62,120 nucleotides of DNA from a virus: IMG/VR virus record IMGVR_UViG_3300021387_000156, positions 1 through 62,120 of that record. One strand, 5' to 3'. The notes below the pieces were generated by a model. That model made no database searches. It saw only the letters and a program-made list of their open reading frames with translations, and had not been told where the DNA came from. Position 1 is the first letter of the stretch; each line of letters starts with the position of its first letter. This document shows positions 43,387 through 52,296 of the stretch, in pieces. The position numbers were made by a program, and so were the translations under genes.

Positions 43387-43752
43387 TTACTTTTTGCCTT
43401 TCTTGGCGGGTTTCTTCTCATCAGCAGGGGCAACGTCCTTGGTGTCGTACACCTCGGTCTCTGGCTCTGCCTTCTCGACCTCAGCGGGCACTTCCTTGGT
43501 GTCCTCTATGGAAACCTCTTTTGTGTCCTCTACAGGCTCTTCGGGAGCTTCCTCTGCAGCGGTCTCATCAGCGGGCTGTCCCTCAGCGGGCACTTCGGTT
43601 GTGTCCTCTTCGGATTCATCCACTGGAGCCTCCTCTACAGGTTCCTCCACCTCATCAGCAACGGGGGTGATTTTCACCATCCCCATTGCGATGCGGTAGC
43701 GGTTCTCCTGAAGCACCACGTCAGCCTGCGGACCTTCCAGGATATACTTCAT
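43387..43752 (-). CDS. acidic Glu/Pro/Thr-rich protein (121 aa), head-associated by position
   Basis: Low-complexity EEPVEEAPVDESEEDTTEVPAEGQPADETAAEEAPEEPVED tail; directly after the capsid gene. Confidence 0.45.
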   Translation of the reverse strand: MKYILEGPQADVVLQENRYRIAMGMVKITPVADEVEEPVEEAPVDESEEDTTEVPAEGQPADETAAEEAPEEPVEDTKEVSIEDTKEVPAEVEKAEPETEVYDTKDVAPADEKKPAKKGKK

Positions 43753-43754
43753 GG

Positions 43755-45353
43755 TTAGGCGGGTTTGGTGATGGCGGTCTTCAAAGCGGCAAGGCTGCCG
43801 TAAGCGAAGGCCCAGGGGTTGTAAATCGGGAAGATGATCTCTTCCTGGGCGATGAGATGAACAGAGTTGGTCAGCTTGTCCTCCACGTCCTCAGCCCACT
43901 CAAGGTTGAGGTTCGTGTAGTCCACGATGGAGCAACCGTTCACGGAGAAGTCACCAATCAGGTACATGCCGACGGGAACACCGTCGTACTCCACGATGGG
44001 ACGGCCAGCGATGGTCTTCACACCGCCGTTCATCTGCACAAGACCCAGGTTGCGGCCAGTGGTGTCCTTCTCGCACTCGATGGCGTTAACCGTAAGCGGG
44101 TTGAGCACGATGGCGTTGGGGGCATACTGGGCGTAAGTCATCACGGCGAAAGCGGTCTTGATGACGTCGAGGCTGTTGGGCAGGGTCACGCTCTGGTAAG
44201 CGGCACTCTTGACGGTGAAGGTGATGGCACCGCAGTGGGCGGCGGTCTCGGTCGTCACGGCGGTGGTGGCACCGATACCACGCACGATGATCTGACGGTC
44301 GTTGACCTTGATGACATCGTGGGTGCCGTTCAGCGAAGCGTTGTCGGTTGCACCGGCAAACGTGATCTTCATTCCGTCCAGGATGAGGGGCTGGGCATTG
44401 GTGAACTCTACCAGCGCGTCAACACCACCGTTGTAGGGCTCGCAGCTCTTCACGGCACCAGCGGCACCAGTGACGATGGGACCATTGACGATGGTCTCAA
44501 CGGGAACGACGCCGTTCTTGTTGGCGATACCGTCCAGGTTCTCGCCATTACCGTCACCGAACAAGATGCCGGCATCCTCAGCACGGAGGACTGCATCGGG
44601 CAGGGTGGCCAGGATGTAGCTGCGTACATAGACGCGGCTTTTGAGCATGCGCTTGGAGATGTGGACGAAAGTACCAAGGCGCTTGGTGCTTACGCTGTTC
44701 TCCTTCACCTGGAACGAGCTCTCGGCGAGACGGCCGTTCTCAGTGTGGTAGCGTGCATTGCGGTCGAGATTGGTGATCTCTGCGAACGTCAACTGGGGGA
44801 AGTTGGGATCGCCGGTGAGCACCGTAATCACATCACGCATGTGCAGACGGCGGTTGTTGTAGGGAGAAACGACGTTGGGCAGCTGGCGGCTGATGAGGAT
44901 GTCGCCAGTGTAGTCGTCGGTCATCGAAACGATGTCCTTCATCTTGAAACCACCGAATACACCGCTCTTGCGGGTATGGCCCTCGGCGAACTCCTTGAAC
45001 TTCTCGCTGTCGAACATCTCGTTCAACATCTCGTCAAACTTGTTGACGCGGTCCATGGCACCGTTCTCCTTGGCCTTCTGGATGCTCTCCATGGCATCCT
45101 TGAGCATGTCGCGCAACTCCTCGTTGTCCTTAACTACTTGAGCGAACTTTTCGGCATTGTAGCCCTTCAGCTGCTCGTTGATACTCTCAAACTGAGCTTT
45201 CATGTCCTCGGCGGTGATGGCACCCTCCATTGCCTTGTTGACAACATCGCACATCGCCCCAAGAATATTCTCCATGAAACTCTTCTGCTCGGCGTCCTTG
45301 ATGTTCTCAAGGTTGTAGCCGAAGTCCGATTTGGTTACCTTCTTAAAGGCCAT
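43755..45353 (-). CDS. major capsid protein (HK97-fold by context)
   Basis: 532-aa ORF immediately downstream of the prohead protease. Confidence 0.65.
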   Translation of the reverse strand: MAFKKVTKSDFGYNLENIKDAEQKSFMENILGAMCDVVNKAMEGAITAEDMKAQFESINEQLKGYNAEKFAQVVKDNEELRDMLKDAMESIQKAKENGAMDRVNKFDEMLNEMFDSEKFKEFAEGHTRKSGVFGGFKMKDIVSMTDDYTGDILISRQLPNVVSPYNNRRLHMRDVITVLTGDPNFPQLTFAEITNLDRNARYHTENGRLAESSFQVKENSVSTKRLGTFVHISKRMLKSRVYVRSYILATLPDAVLRAEDAGILFGDGNGENLDGIANKNGVVPVETIVNGPIVTGAAGAVKSCEPYNGGVDALVEFTNAQPLILDGMKITFAGATDNASLNGTHDVIKVNDRQIIVRGIGATTAVTTETAAHCGAITFTVKSAAYQSVTLPNSLDVIKTAFAVMTYAQYAPNAIVLNPLTVNAIECEKDTTGRNLGLVQMNGGVKTIAGRPIVEYDGVPVGMYLIGDFSVNGCSIVDYTNLNLEWAEDVEDKLTNSVHLIAQEEIIFPIYNPWAFAYGSLAALKTAITKPA

Positions 45354-45373
45354 AACAGTTAAAATTTAAGTTG

Positions 45374-46426
45374 TTAATGTTTCTCGATAGCAGCGTTGAG
45401 GCTTCCGAAGAAAGTGCCGGCGGCGGCTTTCTCCTTCTGCTCCTCGTCCTCGTCACGAGTGTCTTCTGACGGCTCGTCCTCGGTCTTCTCGGCAACAGAA
45501 GTTTCCTGCCCAAGCGTGACGCTCGAATTGTAAACTCTCGAATAGCAATTAGGACAGTAGGCGAACTCGGCGAGGTCCTCAAGGGACTTCTGCACCATCT
45601 GCTCGTCAATCTTTCCGTCCATCTTGCTCAACACAGGGTCGAGAATGGCAAGCACGGCAGCACGAATTTCGGGCTTCAGCTTGTTCATCTCCTCACGGAC
45701 GATGCCGTCGGTAATCCAGCGCACGTAATCGCCGGCACAATCCAACACTTGCTGCGACAAGGTGTGACGTTCGGCCTCGTCCCACACAAACTCTTGCCCA
45801 CAATGGGGGCAAGTCACTACGACTGCGCCCTCAAGCGCTTTGGTAAGCATGTCAAGTCTCATCTCGTATTGTTTTAGTCGTTCATCGGTGTAGCGCATCT
45901 GCAACGCGCGACGGATGAACTCGATGTTTTCCCGAACGGTTGTCGGGTCGTCCTGCTTAATACCTACGAGGAACGTCTGCGGGTTGCTGCCCCATGAGGT
46001 CAGCGTCGAGTATTCCCACATCTTCCACTCGAGAACCTTTCGCTTGTCTTCGGGGTCGCGCTTGATGGCCTGAACACCTATCGAGTGCTCCAGTGTGCGA
46101 CCGGCGGCGGCATACAGCTTGTAGTCTTCCAGCGTGTCGCGCCCAATCTGCTTGGCGAGATTGAGTTGACCCACCATAACGAGGTTCCCGTCACGCTCCT
46201 CACCCTCAAGGGGCACACCGAGCAACTGTGTCGTGTCGTGGTTTAAGAACCACTTCATGCGTGCTATGTTCTCCTTGAGCGTCTTGTTGAACGAGCCCGG
46301 CATTGAGATGTCATTTTGGGAGTCAACAATGCCGATGCCGTTGACGGCCACCGTGACGATGCCTTTCGCCTCGTCCAAATCATTCGCCTTCGTCTTGTAC
46401 AGGAGGCGTTGATAAATCTCCTTCAT
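45374..46426 (-). CDS. HK97-family prohead protease with a C-terminal Cys-rich/scaffold-like extension
   Basis: VNGIGIVDSQNDISMPGSFNKTL...WFLNHD matches the S78 protease N-terminal signature; CPHCG...CPNC motifs. Confidence 0.65.
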   Translation of the reverse strand: MKEIYQRLLYKTKANDLDEAKGIVTVAVNGIGIVDSQNDISMPGSFNKTLKENIARMKWFLNHDTTQLLGVPLEGEERDGNLVMVGQLNLAKQIGRDTLEDYKLYAAAGRTLEHSIGVQAIKRDPEDKRKVLEWKMWEYSTLTSWGSNPQTFLVGIKQDDPTTVRENIEFIRRALQMRYTDERLKQYEMRLDMLTKALEGAVVVTCPHCGQEFVWDEAERHTLSQQVLDCAGDYVRWITDGIVREEMNKLKPEIRAAVLAILDPVLSKMDGKIDEQMVQKSLEDLAEFAYCPNCYSRVYNSSVTLGQETSVAEKTEDEPSEDTRDEDEEQKEKAAAGTFFGSLNAAIEKH

Positions 46427-47801
46427 CTTCTTGTTGGGGTTTGGGGTTGGTAAATAATTTCACTCTCTCTATGTCTTCGGGCGTCATCTCACTCACGAGT
46501 TTGTCGTAGAGTGGGTCTTCCACCCGTTCGTATCCTTGTTGGGCCCGCCAGTCGTTGAGCGTGATCAACGCACTCTCGAACTCAATCTTACAGCGGTCGC
46601 TGATGAAGCGGTTCACTTCCTGTTCCTCTTTCTTGCCAGTTTGCAGGCAGTCCACATCGCTGAAATCAGCGTCAATGTACAAGCCGTCTTGGTCAAGACC
46701 GAGGAAATGGGTAAACTCCTGACAGAACCGCTGGACCAGCGGAATGATTACCGACGAGTACACCGCTTTCTCAGCGTTCGCCTGGTTAGCATACGTTGAC
46801 TGGTCTTTGCGAGGGATCAACACGGGCGGAATGCCGTATATGCCGGCGATTATCACCGCGTCGGCAAGCGTTTCATCGAACGGCTGGAGGTCGGTAATCG
46901 AAAGGTTGGTGCGGATGAACGACATCTTCACGTCACTGATGCCGTAAGGGTACTTCCCCTCGCCGAAACCGTACATCTTGTCGGCCTCTTCGAGTACCTG
47001 TTTCTTCTCTTCCTTTGTCAAGGCACGAGAACCCATATCGTCGCTCATCTCACTCACCAGCCAACCGAGACCGCCCTGCTTGACGTAGATGACGTTCCTC
47101 GCCTCATACACGGCGATGAGGTTGCTGATTGCTTTAAGCACCGCCATGAGGCGGCTCTTGGCTTTCAGCGGGTCGCCGTTGTAGAACCCGAACGTGTCGT
47201 CCACATCGTGAAACACGCACTGAGGAGCGATAGGACGGTGAACGGACAGGCCGTAGTCGTGGTAATAGCACTGCACCACGTCCTCGACATCGCTCACACC
47301 GTAGATGTCGCCCATCTGCCGCTTGTACTCAATCGTCACATACGGCTCCTCCAGCGTCACATAGCGGTCGCACCACTTGTAGAGCGTCTTGGCTCCGACA
47401 AACGCATCGCTCATGGCGGCCTTGATGAATGAGTTGCCCGTGACGAGCTTGTAGGCGAAATGCTTCCACAACGTGCGATACCAACTCTCGAAAGCGTTGG
47501 GCTTGACGAGAAGGCGGTTAATCGTGTCGTTGTTCCACACCACGGTATCGTCCTTGAACTTCTTCAACACATACTTCGCCCCTGCCGCACGGCTGGCGAT
47601 GTAGTTCACCGGCCATGCCACCTCGGGAACTGTGTTGAACAGCGTGATGAAGTTAGCATTCGCCACATAGGGGGTGGCGACAATCTCACGCATCAGCTGC
47701 GCTCGCCGTGAGGTGATGTCGCTGCTGGCGTTAACCGTTTGCCCGCCCTCTACCGGGGTCGCGCTCTTGGTGATGAAACCTAATGTCTTGAGCAATCCCA
47801 T
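46380..47801 (-). CDS. portal protein
   Basis: 473-aa ORF between the terminase and the protease; acidic C-terminus. Confidence 0.65.
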   Translation of the reverse strand: MGLLKTLGFITKSATPVEGGQTVNASSDITSRRAQLMREIVATPYVANANFITLFNTVPEVAWPVNYIASRAAGAKYVLKKFKDDTVVWNNDTINRLLVKPNAFESWYRTLWKHFAYKLVTGNSFIKAAMSDAFVGAKTLYKWCDRYVTLEEPYVTIEYKRQMGDIYGVSDVEDVVQCYYHDYGLSVHRPIAPQCVFHDVDDTFGFYNGDPLKAKSRLMAVLKAISNLIAVYEARNVIYVKQGGLGWLVSEMSDDMGSRALTKEEKKQVLEEADKMYGFGEGKYPYGISDVKMSFIRTNLSITDLQPFDETLADAVIIAGIYGIPPVLIPRKDQSTYANQANAEKAVYSSVIIPLVQRFCQEFTHFLGLDQDGLYIDADFSDVDCLQTGKKEEQEVNRFISDRCKIEFESALITLNDWRAQQGYERVEDPLYDKLVSEMTPEDIERVKLFTNPKPQQEDEGDLSTPPVQDEGE

Positions 47802-47986
47802 GTGCTATTTCGTGTTGAACAAGGCAAAAGTACCTACAAAAAAGGCCGCTTTCCCAGAACCCGAAATTCTTGAAAAGCGACCCGAGGCGATTTTTCGCCC
47901 TTTGGATTTACTTTGCTATTTGCAAAGTACTGATTTACACCATTATAGCAGTTGTTTGGAATTGCAAAGAAAAAATCACTCTCGCA

Positions 47987-48574
47987 TTATACGTCCTTTT
48001 GCAGGTTGTAATCACCCTTGCCAACGATTGCCAGCGCGGCGGTGGTGGCATGGAGAATGCACTTGAAATTCACTTTGAGCGGATACTTGTCGAGACGGCG
48101 GCAGCATACGTGGACACCCAGGCGGTTGTCGGTGTAGAGGTAAATCATCTTTTTCCATACACCCCAACGTCGGTTGTCCTTGACCACAACTTCATCGCCG
48201 TGGTGGATTTGCATGCCCTTGCTTTTCGTGCCGTAAACCTTGAATTGCTCCCAAAAGTACTTGAAGTTGAATTGGTCGGTCATCTCGACTTCCTCCTCAA
48301 GGTCATCATCGTCGTAGTAGATGACAACATCGTCAATATCGTAAAGTTCACTGGCCTCAAAATGGTGGCCTTCCTCCACCCCGAATTCGTGGCTGAAACT
48401 GTCATCAACATATTCGAGTTCAAAGGTGGCGTTCAAGGATACAGAGAACTTGCCAATCTCAATCTCCATCTCGCAGGTGGTGTCGTCCTCATCCTCGGGT
48501 TCAAACCCGTAGCCCATAATCTCGTTGTAGAGTTGCTCGTAGAAGTCAGCCGGAAATTTGATGCTCGTTTTCAT
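47987..48574 (-). CDS. highly acidic hypothetical protein (195 aa), moron between terL and portal
   Basis: N-terminal half is rich in D/E (EPEDEDDTTCEMEIE...YDIDDVVIYYDDDDLEEEVEM); has its own early-type cassette. Confidence 0.55.
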   Translation of the reverse strand: MKTSIKFPADFYEQLYNEIMGYGFEPEDEDDTTCEMEIEIGKFSVSLNATFELEYVDDSFSHEFGVEEGHHFEASELYDIDDVVIYYDDDDLEEEVEMTDQFNFKYFWEQFKVYGTKSKGMQIHHGDEVVVKDNRRWGVWKKMIYLYTDNRLGVHVCCRRLDKYPLKVNFKCILHATTAALAIVGKGDYNLQKDV

Positions 48575-48690
48575 ATTGCAGATGAATTAAATGTTTGACT
48601 TATAGTGTTTTAATTTATATATGCAAAGATAATACCAAAAGAACAAAGTCGGTTCATTTTCTCGCCGTTTTTTAACGCCTTAACCTTTGC
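48575..48690 (-). promoter_or_regulatory. Early-type promoter/leader cassette, copy i (inside the late region)
   Basis: Minus strand reads GTTAAAAAACGGCGAGAAAATGAACCG, TATCTTTG (48631-48624), AAGTCAAACATTTAATTC (48601-48584), then ATG at 48574. Confidence 0.6.
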
Positions 48691-48714
48691 TAACTCATTG
48701 AAAATCATCCGTGC

Positions 48715-51696
48715 TTACACACCACGAATGATGATGCGAGCCAAACCCGAAAGCACCGCCGAGGCTGCCATTTGCTCTGCCGGCGACTGTTCGTTGTAGT
48801 CAAGCACGTCGCCCATGAACGCGGCATACTCAGGCTCACTCATCTTCTCGGGGTCGAGGTGGACATGGGCACGCACCCAGTCGCTCATCGCCGAGATACG
48901 CACGCGGTGGTCGCTGCCGAGTTTCAGCACATTCACCTGTGGCAGGTCCTTGCGCAGGTCGCGCACCATCGGGAAGTAGGCTTGCTGGCACTCCACGACA
49001 TACATCGTGGCGGTGAACGAGCGTATCCACCCCGCCATTTCGTCGTTGCCCTTTACAGGACGCAGGCGCACATCGGTGAGGTGCCATCGGTCGGCGATGC
49101 GTGCGAGACGTGCCAGGGCGAAACGGCCACCGAACGACGGCAGCACATACACGATTGCCTGCTCGTAGTCGTACTCGGTGGCAGGGTTAAAGAACTTGAA
49201 CTCGCCCTCGCTGTAGATTGACCGCTTGCGCCCCATGCTGAACTCCGTGTACTGGGCACGCAACAAGTCGTGCACGGCGTAACGCAGCGTATCGCTGCAG
49301 TTATGAACTAACACTCCATCAGCAAAGAATTCGGCATCATCCACCGAGATATCATACACATCTGCTTTGCCAGCTATGCTTGCAGGCACATGACCGGCTA
49401 CAACACTTCTGTTTAGAGTAATGATTGACAGTAAATTTAGTGCCACATACTGGACAAATACGTTCTTCATTGTCGAAACCCTGCTGTCTGCGCCACTTTG
49501 ATTTGCAATTATTCCCGCAGAACTTGCCACCTTGTATTGCACGGCTTTGAAACTCTTTGCCACAACAAATACAGGTGTAAGTTTTGAACTTACGCTTCTC
49601 CATTTGCTTTTTAGCGTTTTGAGAATGCCACTCAGACCCTTCTTGTGATGCGTGCCAAGCTGCGGCCTTTTCTCTGTTGTCATTAAGTGTCTTCGTGCGA
49701 AATTCCTTAATCTCGTCCGAAGCGTTCTCACTATGCAAAGACTCATGTTCGTGAGCCAACAACAGAGCAAGGTTGCTGATTGTATTGTTATCGACATCCC
49801 CATCAATGTGGTGAACATGATAACCTTTAGGAATTTCTCCACGCTCGACAATCCAAATGTAGCGGTGGAGTGTGATTTTTCTCCATTCGCCATTAACCTC
49901 AGCCCAGCCTTTAAAGTATCTCCTATCGCTCTCACATTTTGCTTGAGGATAGCGATGGAACTTGTAACCGTTGTACGTTGCAGTTTCTCGTTGCATTGTT
50001 TTCCGTTTTTAATTGTTACTATTTCGTCTCCCACTTTCAACTGATAAGCAGGGATAAAACCTCGACTCGTATATATCGGGTGGTCGTATGTACAACGCAG
50101 TGTTTTATCACACAAAGTTACGAAAAAATATCGAGTATTCCTACTGGTACACAAGGAATTATATACCTCTGAAAACCCAAATCTTGTTAAAACTTTGTCC
50201 CCGATTTTAACGTTCATTATAGGCACTAAGCCATTGTCAGTAATCACCATTGTATCACCAGCAAAACAATGACCATGTGCCTCGTACTTCTGCTTAGTGA
50301 TAGGGTTAGTCACTTTCTGCTTGGCGATTGCTCCATTCTCGTCCTTCTGCACGGCTTGGTAGTCGTCAATAGACGTGGTGCAGTCGTTGTCTATGCGGAT
50401 AGCCACACCCGGCACACGACCATCCCACACGGCATTGATGAACTCGCCAGTAGTTGCCACGGCAGGGTTCTTGTTTCCGATACAGTCCTCCACTTCAAAG
50501 CCCTCATGCTCCAATTCGTCAATCACGAGGTCGAAGAACGAGCGGTTGTTCTCATCAATGGTGTTCGCCGCCTTGCCTGACGCGTCGCCATGCAGATAGA
50601 CCTTGCCAGTGTAGTTGTATTCCCGAAGTTTCGCGGCTATCACCTTTGCGGCCTTGCGTGCCGAGTTGTTCGGGCTCTCTATCGGCAGCTCATCAAACTG
50701 CGTAACTTGCTGAACATCGTCGGGCTTATACTCTTTTTGGAAGAACGTGGCGGTGACATACGGCAGCACGTTGGAGTCCATGCTGATGTGAATGGGCAAC
50801 TCGGGGTTGAAAGGGAACTTGCCGCACACCACACCACGGTTGAACGAGGGGAAGAACTCCGCACCTGTGCGGATGTGTCCCCATTCGCCAAGTGCATAGA
50901 CCTGGAAATAGTCGGGGTCGTTCACCCTGTCTCTCTCGAAGTTGGCGATAGCCTGGTAATCGTAGTAGCCGTACTTCCCATCAGGGCTGCCCACTACCCA
51001 AAAGTTGTTCAAGTAGGTTGAATGGATGATGACGGTGTCGGGGGCGTGTTCCTCGAACTCTCCCGTGCGGTGGTTGAGTATCATTTTCGGGGAGTTCATC
51101 AGCACGGCCTTCACCCTGCACAACTCAGGCGGCAGCTTCTCGCCGCCGATGGTCAGTTCCATGGGCACCTCATGCCATTCCTCAAGATCAAACCAGTGCT
51201 TCTTGATCCAGTGCTCCTCGCTGATGGGGTTGAAGGCGGCAAGTATCTGCTGGCCTTCCATACCACGGAGACGGAGGCGTATCTGCTTGAGGTCGCTTTC
51301 CTCGTACTCGGACAACTCGTCGAGGAAGACACGCTTGTACTGGGAAATACCCTTGATTTTCTCGCTGTCGTCAAGACCGGTGAAGTCAATCTTCGCCCCA
51401 TTGTCGAACACGATGGAGTTCTGCTTGAAGCGGCAGTGCTCGGCCAGGCCTTCGATGCCGTTGATGGCGGTCTTGAAGTCGGTGTAGATGGTCTTCTCGA
51501 TTGATGCGCCCACCTTTCGCATGACGAGGTGGTTTGAGCACTCCCAATAGGTGAGTATCGACAGGAACTGGGCCACCGAGTAGGACTTCGACGACGACGA
51601 GCCACCCATGAGCACGATGTTACGCACGCTCGGGTCGAGTGTGTAACGCCATACCCAAAAGGCATTCGGTGAAAACAGTTCTCTTTCGATGATCAT
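48715..51696 (-). CDS. terL: terminase large subunit interrupted by an intein
   Basis: Walker A-like LMGGSSSSKSYS. Nuclease-domain motif split as ...YEAHGH | intein | CSDTLRYAVHDL. A single 993-codon open frame. Confidence 0.85.
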   Translation of the reverse strand: MIIERELFSPNAFWVWRYTLDPSVRNIVLMGGSSSSKSYSVAQFLSILTYWECSNHLVMRKVGASIEKTIYTDFKTAINGIEGLAEHCRFKQNSIVFDNGAKIDFTGLDDSEKIKGISQYKRVFLDELSEYEESDLKQIRLRLRGMEGQQILAAFNPISEEHWIKKHWFDLEEWHEVPMELTIGGEKLPPELCRVKAVLMNSPKMILNHRTGEFEEHAPDTVIIHSTYLNNFWVVGSPDGKYGYYDYQAIANFERDRVNDPDYFQVYALGEWGHIRTGAEFFPSFNRGVVCGKFPFNPELPIHISMDSNVLPYVTATFFQKEYKPDDVQQVTQFDELPIESPNNSARKAAKVIAAKLREYNYTGKVYLHGDASGKAANTIDENNRSFFDLVIDELEHEGFEVEDCIGNKNPAVATTGEFINAVWDGRVPGVAIRIDNDCTTSIDDYQAVQKDENGAIAKQKVTNPITKQKYEAHGHCFAGDTMVITDNGLVPIMNVKIGDKVLTRFGFSEVYNSLCTSRNTRYFFVTLCDKTLRCTYDHPIYTSRGFIPAYQLKVGDEIVTIKNGKQCNEKLQRTTVTSSIAILKQNVRAIGDTLKAGLRLMANGEKSHSTATFGLSSVEKFLKVIMFTTLMGMSITIQSATLLCCWLTNMSLCIVRTLRTRLRNFARRHLMTTEKRPQLGTHHKKGLSGILKTLKSKWRSVSSKLTPVFVVAKSFKAVQYKVASSAGIIANQSGADSRVSTMKNVFVQYVALNLLSIITLNRSVVAGHVPASIAGKADVYDISVDDAEFFADGVLVHNCSDTLRYAVHDLLRAQYTEFSMGRKRSIYSEGEFKFFNPATEYDYEQAIVYVLPSFGGRFALARLARIADRWHLTDVRLRPVKGNDEMAGWIRSFTATMYVVECQQAYFPMVRDLRKDLPQVNVLKLGSDHRVRISAMSDWVRAHVHLDPEKMSEPEYAAFMGDVLDYNEQSPAEQMAASAVLSGLARIIIRGV
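49300..50268 (-). mobile_element. Hint-type intein (323 codons) in terL
   Basis: N-terminal CFAGDTMV (block A) and CTYDHPIYT (block B); C-terminal VYDISVDDAEFFADGVLVHN followed by Cys+1 (blocks F/G). Confidence 0.8.
49352..49996 (-). CDS. HNH homing endonuclease encoded inside the intein in a different reading frame from terL
   Basis: LHRYIWIVERGEIPKGYHVHHIDGDVDNNTISNLALLLAHEHESLH (HNH), plus CICCG..CGNNC and CPVCG..CCSRSC zinc-finger pairs. (51696-49996) mod 3 = 2. Confidence 0.8.
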   Translation of the reverse strand: MQRETATYNGYKFHRYPQAKCESDRRYFKGWAEVNGEWRKITLHRYIWIVERGEIPKGYHVHHIDGDVDNNTISNLALLLAHEHESLHSENASDEIKEFRTKTLNDNREKAAAWHASQEGSEWHSQNAKKQMEKRKFKTYTCICCGKEFQSRAIQGGKFCGNNCKSKWRRQQGFDNEERICPVCGTKFTVNHYSKQKCCSRSCACKHSWQSRCV

Positions 51697-52217
51697 CAGT
51701 CTTTCTTCTTTGGAGCGAGCAATAACTCTCCTTTTCCTGTCAAATTTACCGTTGTCGGAGCTTCCCAGCCATTCATTTTGGCCAGCAGTGCAGCCGCCTC
51801 GGTTTTGCCATTAAACTCGTAGGTTATCTCGCCGAACTTGTTCTTGATTTTCTTGAGAGCCTTACGCACCCGTGTCGGCATCTGATTGGGCGATTTGAGC
51901 CTGACTTTGCCAGTTTCCTCGTCAACATAATACATCTCGGCTGGGTCAAGGTCAACGATGCCCATTAGCACCTCTTCAACCCTTTTCCTGTCAACTTTTG
52001 TTTCCTCGGCACGCTTGGCCATAAGTTCCTCGACCCTATGGGCGACCTTTGGGTTTGCGAGCAGCTTACAGGCGCAGTCCCAGACGGTGCTCTGCTTCAT
52101 GTTGGCACAGTTGTATGAAAGGCGATAGGCCTCACTTGCGTTGCCTATATCAACGTAATGCTGGCAGAACATCTCTTGTTTTGGTGTCAGTCTGTCTTTG
52201 TTGTTGTCTTGTGCCAT
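51696..52217 (-). CDS. terS: terminase small subunit (Terminase_2-like)
   Basis: LTPKQEMFCQHYVDIGNASEAYRLSY...ACKLLANPKVAHRVEEL; stop overlaps the terL start. Confidence 0.8.
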   Translation of the reverse strand: MAQDNNKDRLTPKQEMFCQHYVDIGNASEAYRLSYNCANMKQSTVWDCACKLLANPKVAHRVEELMAKRAEETKVDRKRVEEVLMGIVDLDPAEMYYVDEETGKVRLKSPNQMPTRVRKALKKIKNKFGEITYEFNGKTEAAALLAKMNGWEAPTTVNLTGKGELLLAPKKKD

Positions 52218-52230
52218 ATCGTTGTCGAAT

Positions 52231-52277
52231 TAAGAAAAGACCGCCGGCTCCACGATGTCACGCAGACACCGGCGGTC
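52231..52277 (-). terminator. Rho-independent terminator between the epimerase gene and terS
   Basis: Minus strand: GACCGCCGG-(21-nt loop)-CCGGCGGTC followed by TTTTCTT. Confidence 0.6.
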
Positions 52278-52278
52278 A

Positions 52279-52290
52279 AAGTCAAACATT
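52279..52290 (+). repeat. Inverted (plus-strand) copy of the leader core AAGTCAAACATT
   Basis: Exact 12-mer in the opposite orientation to all other copies, abutting the terminator stem. Confidence 0.5.
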
Positions 52291-52296
52291 CAAGTA

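Noticed and set aside
43686-45362. 558-codon plus-strand ORF covering the whole capsid gene
   Set aside because: It is the exact antisense shadow of the minus-strand capsid ORF. Its composition is dominated by V/L/G/D/H, it has no recognisable motif, and it has no promoter box or start context. The minus-strand gene fits the protease-capsid synteny.
49352-49996. Simple sequencing frameshift as the explanation for the out-of-frame HNH domain in the terL intein
   Set aside because: Not fully excluded. It would need two compensating indels about 645 nt apart, and it would not explain why the terL frame stays open for ~205 codons across the region. Kept as a finding with this caveat.
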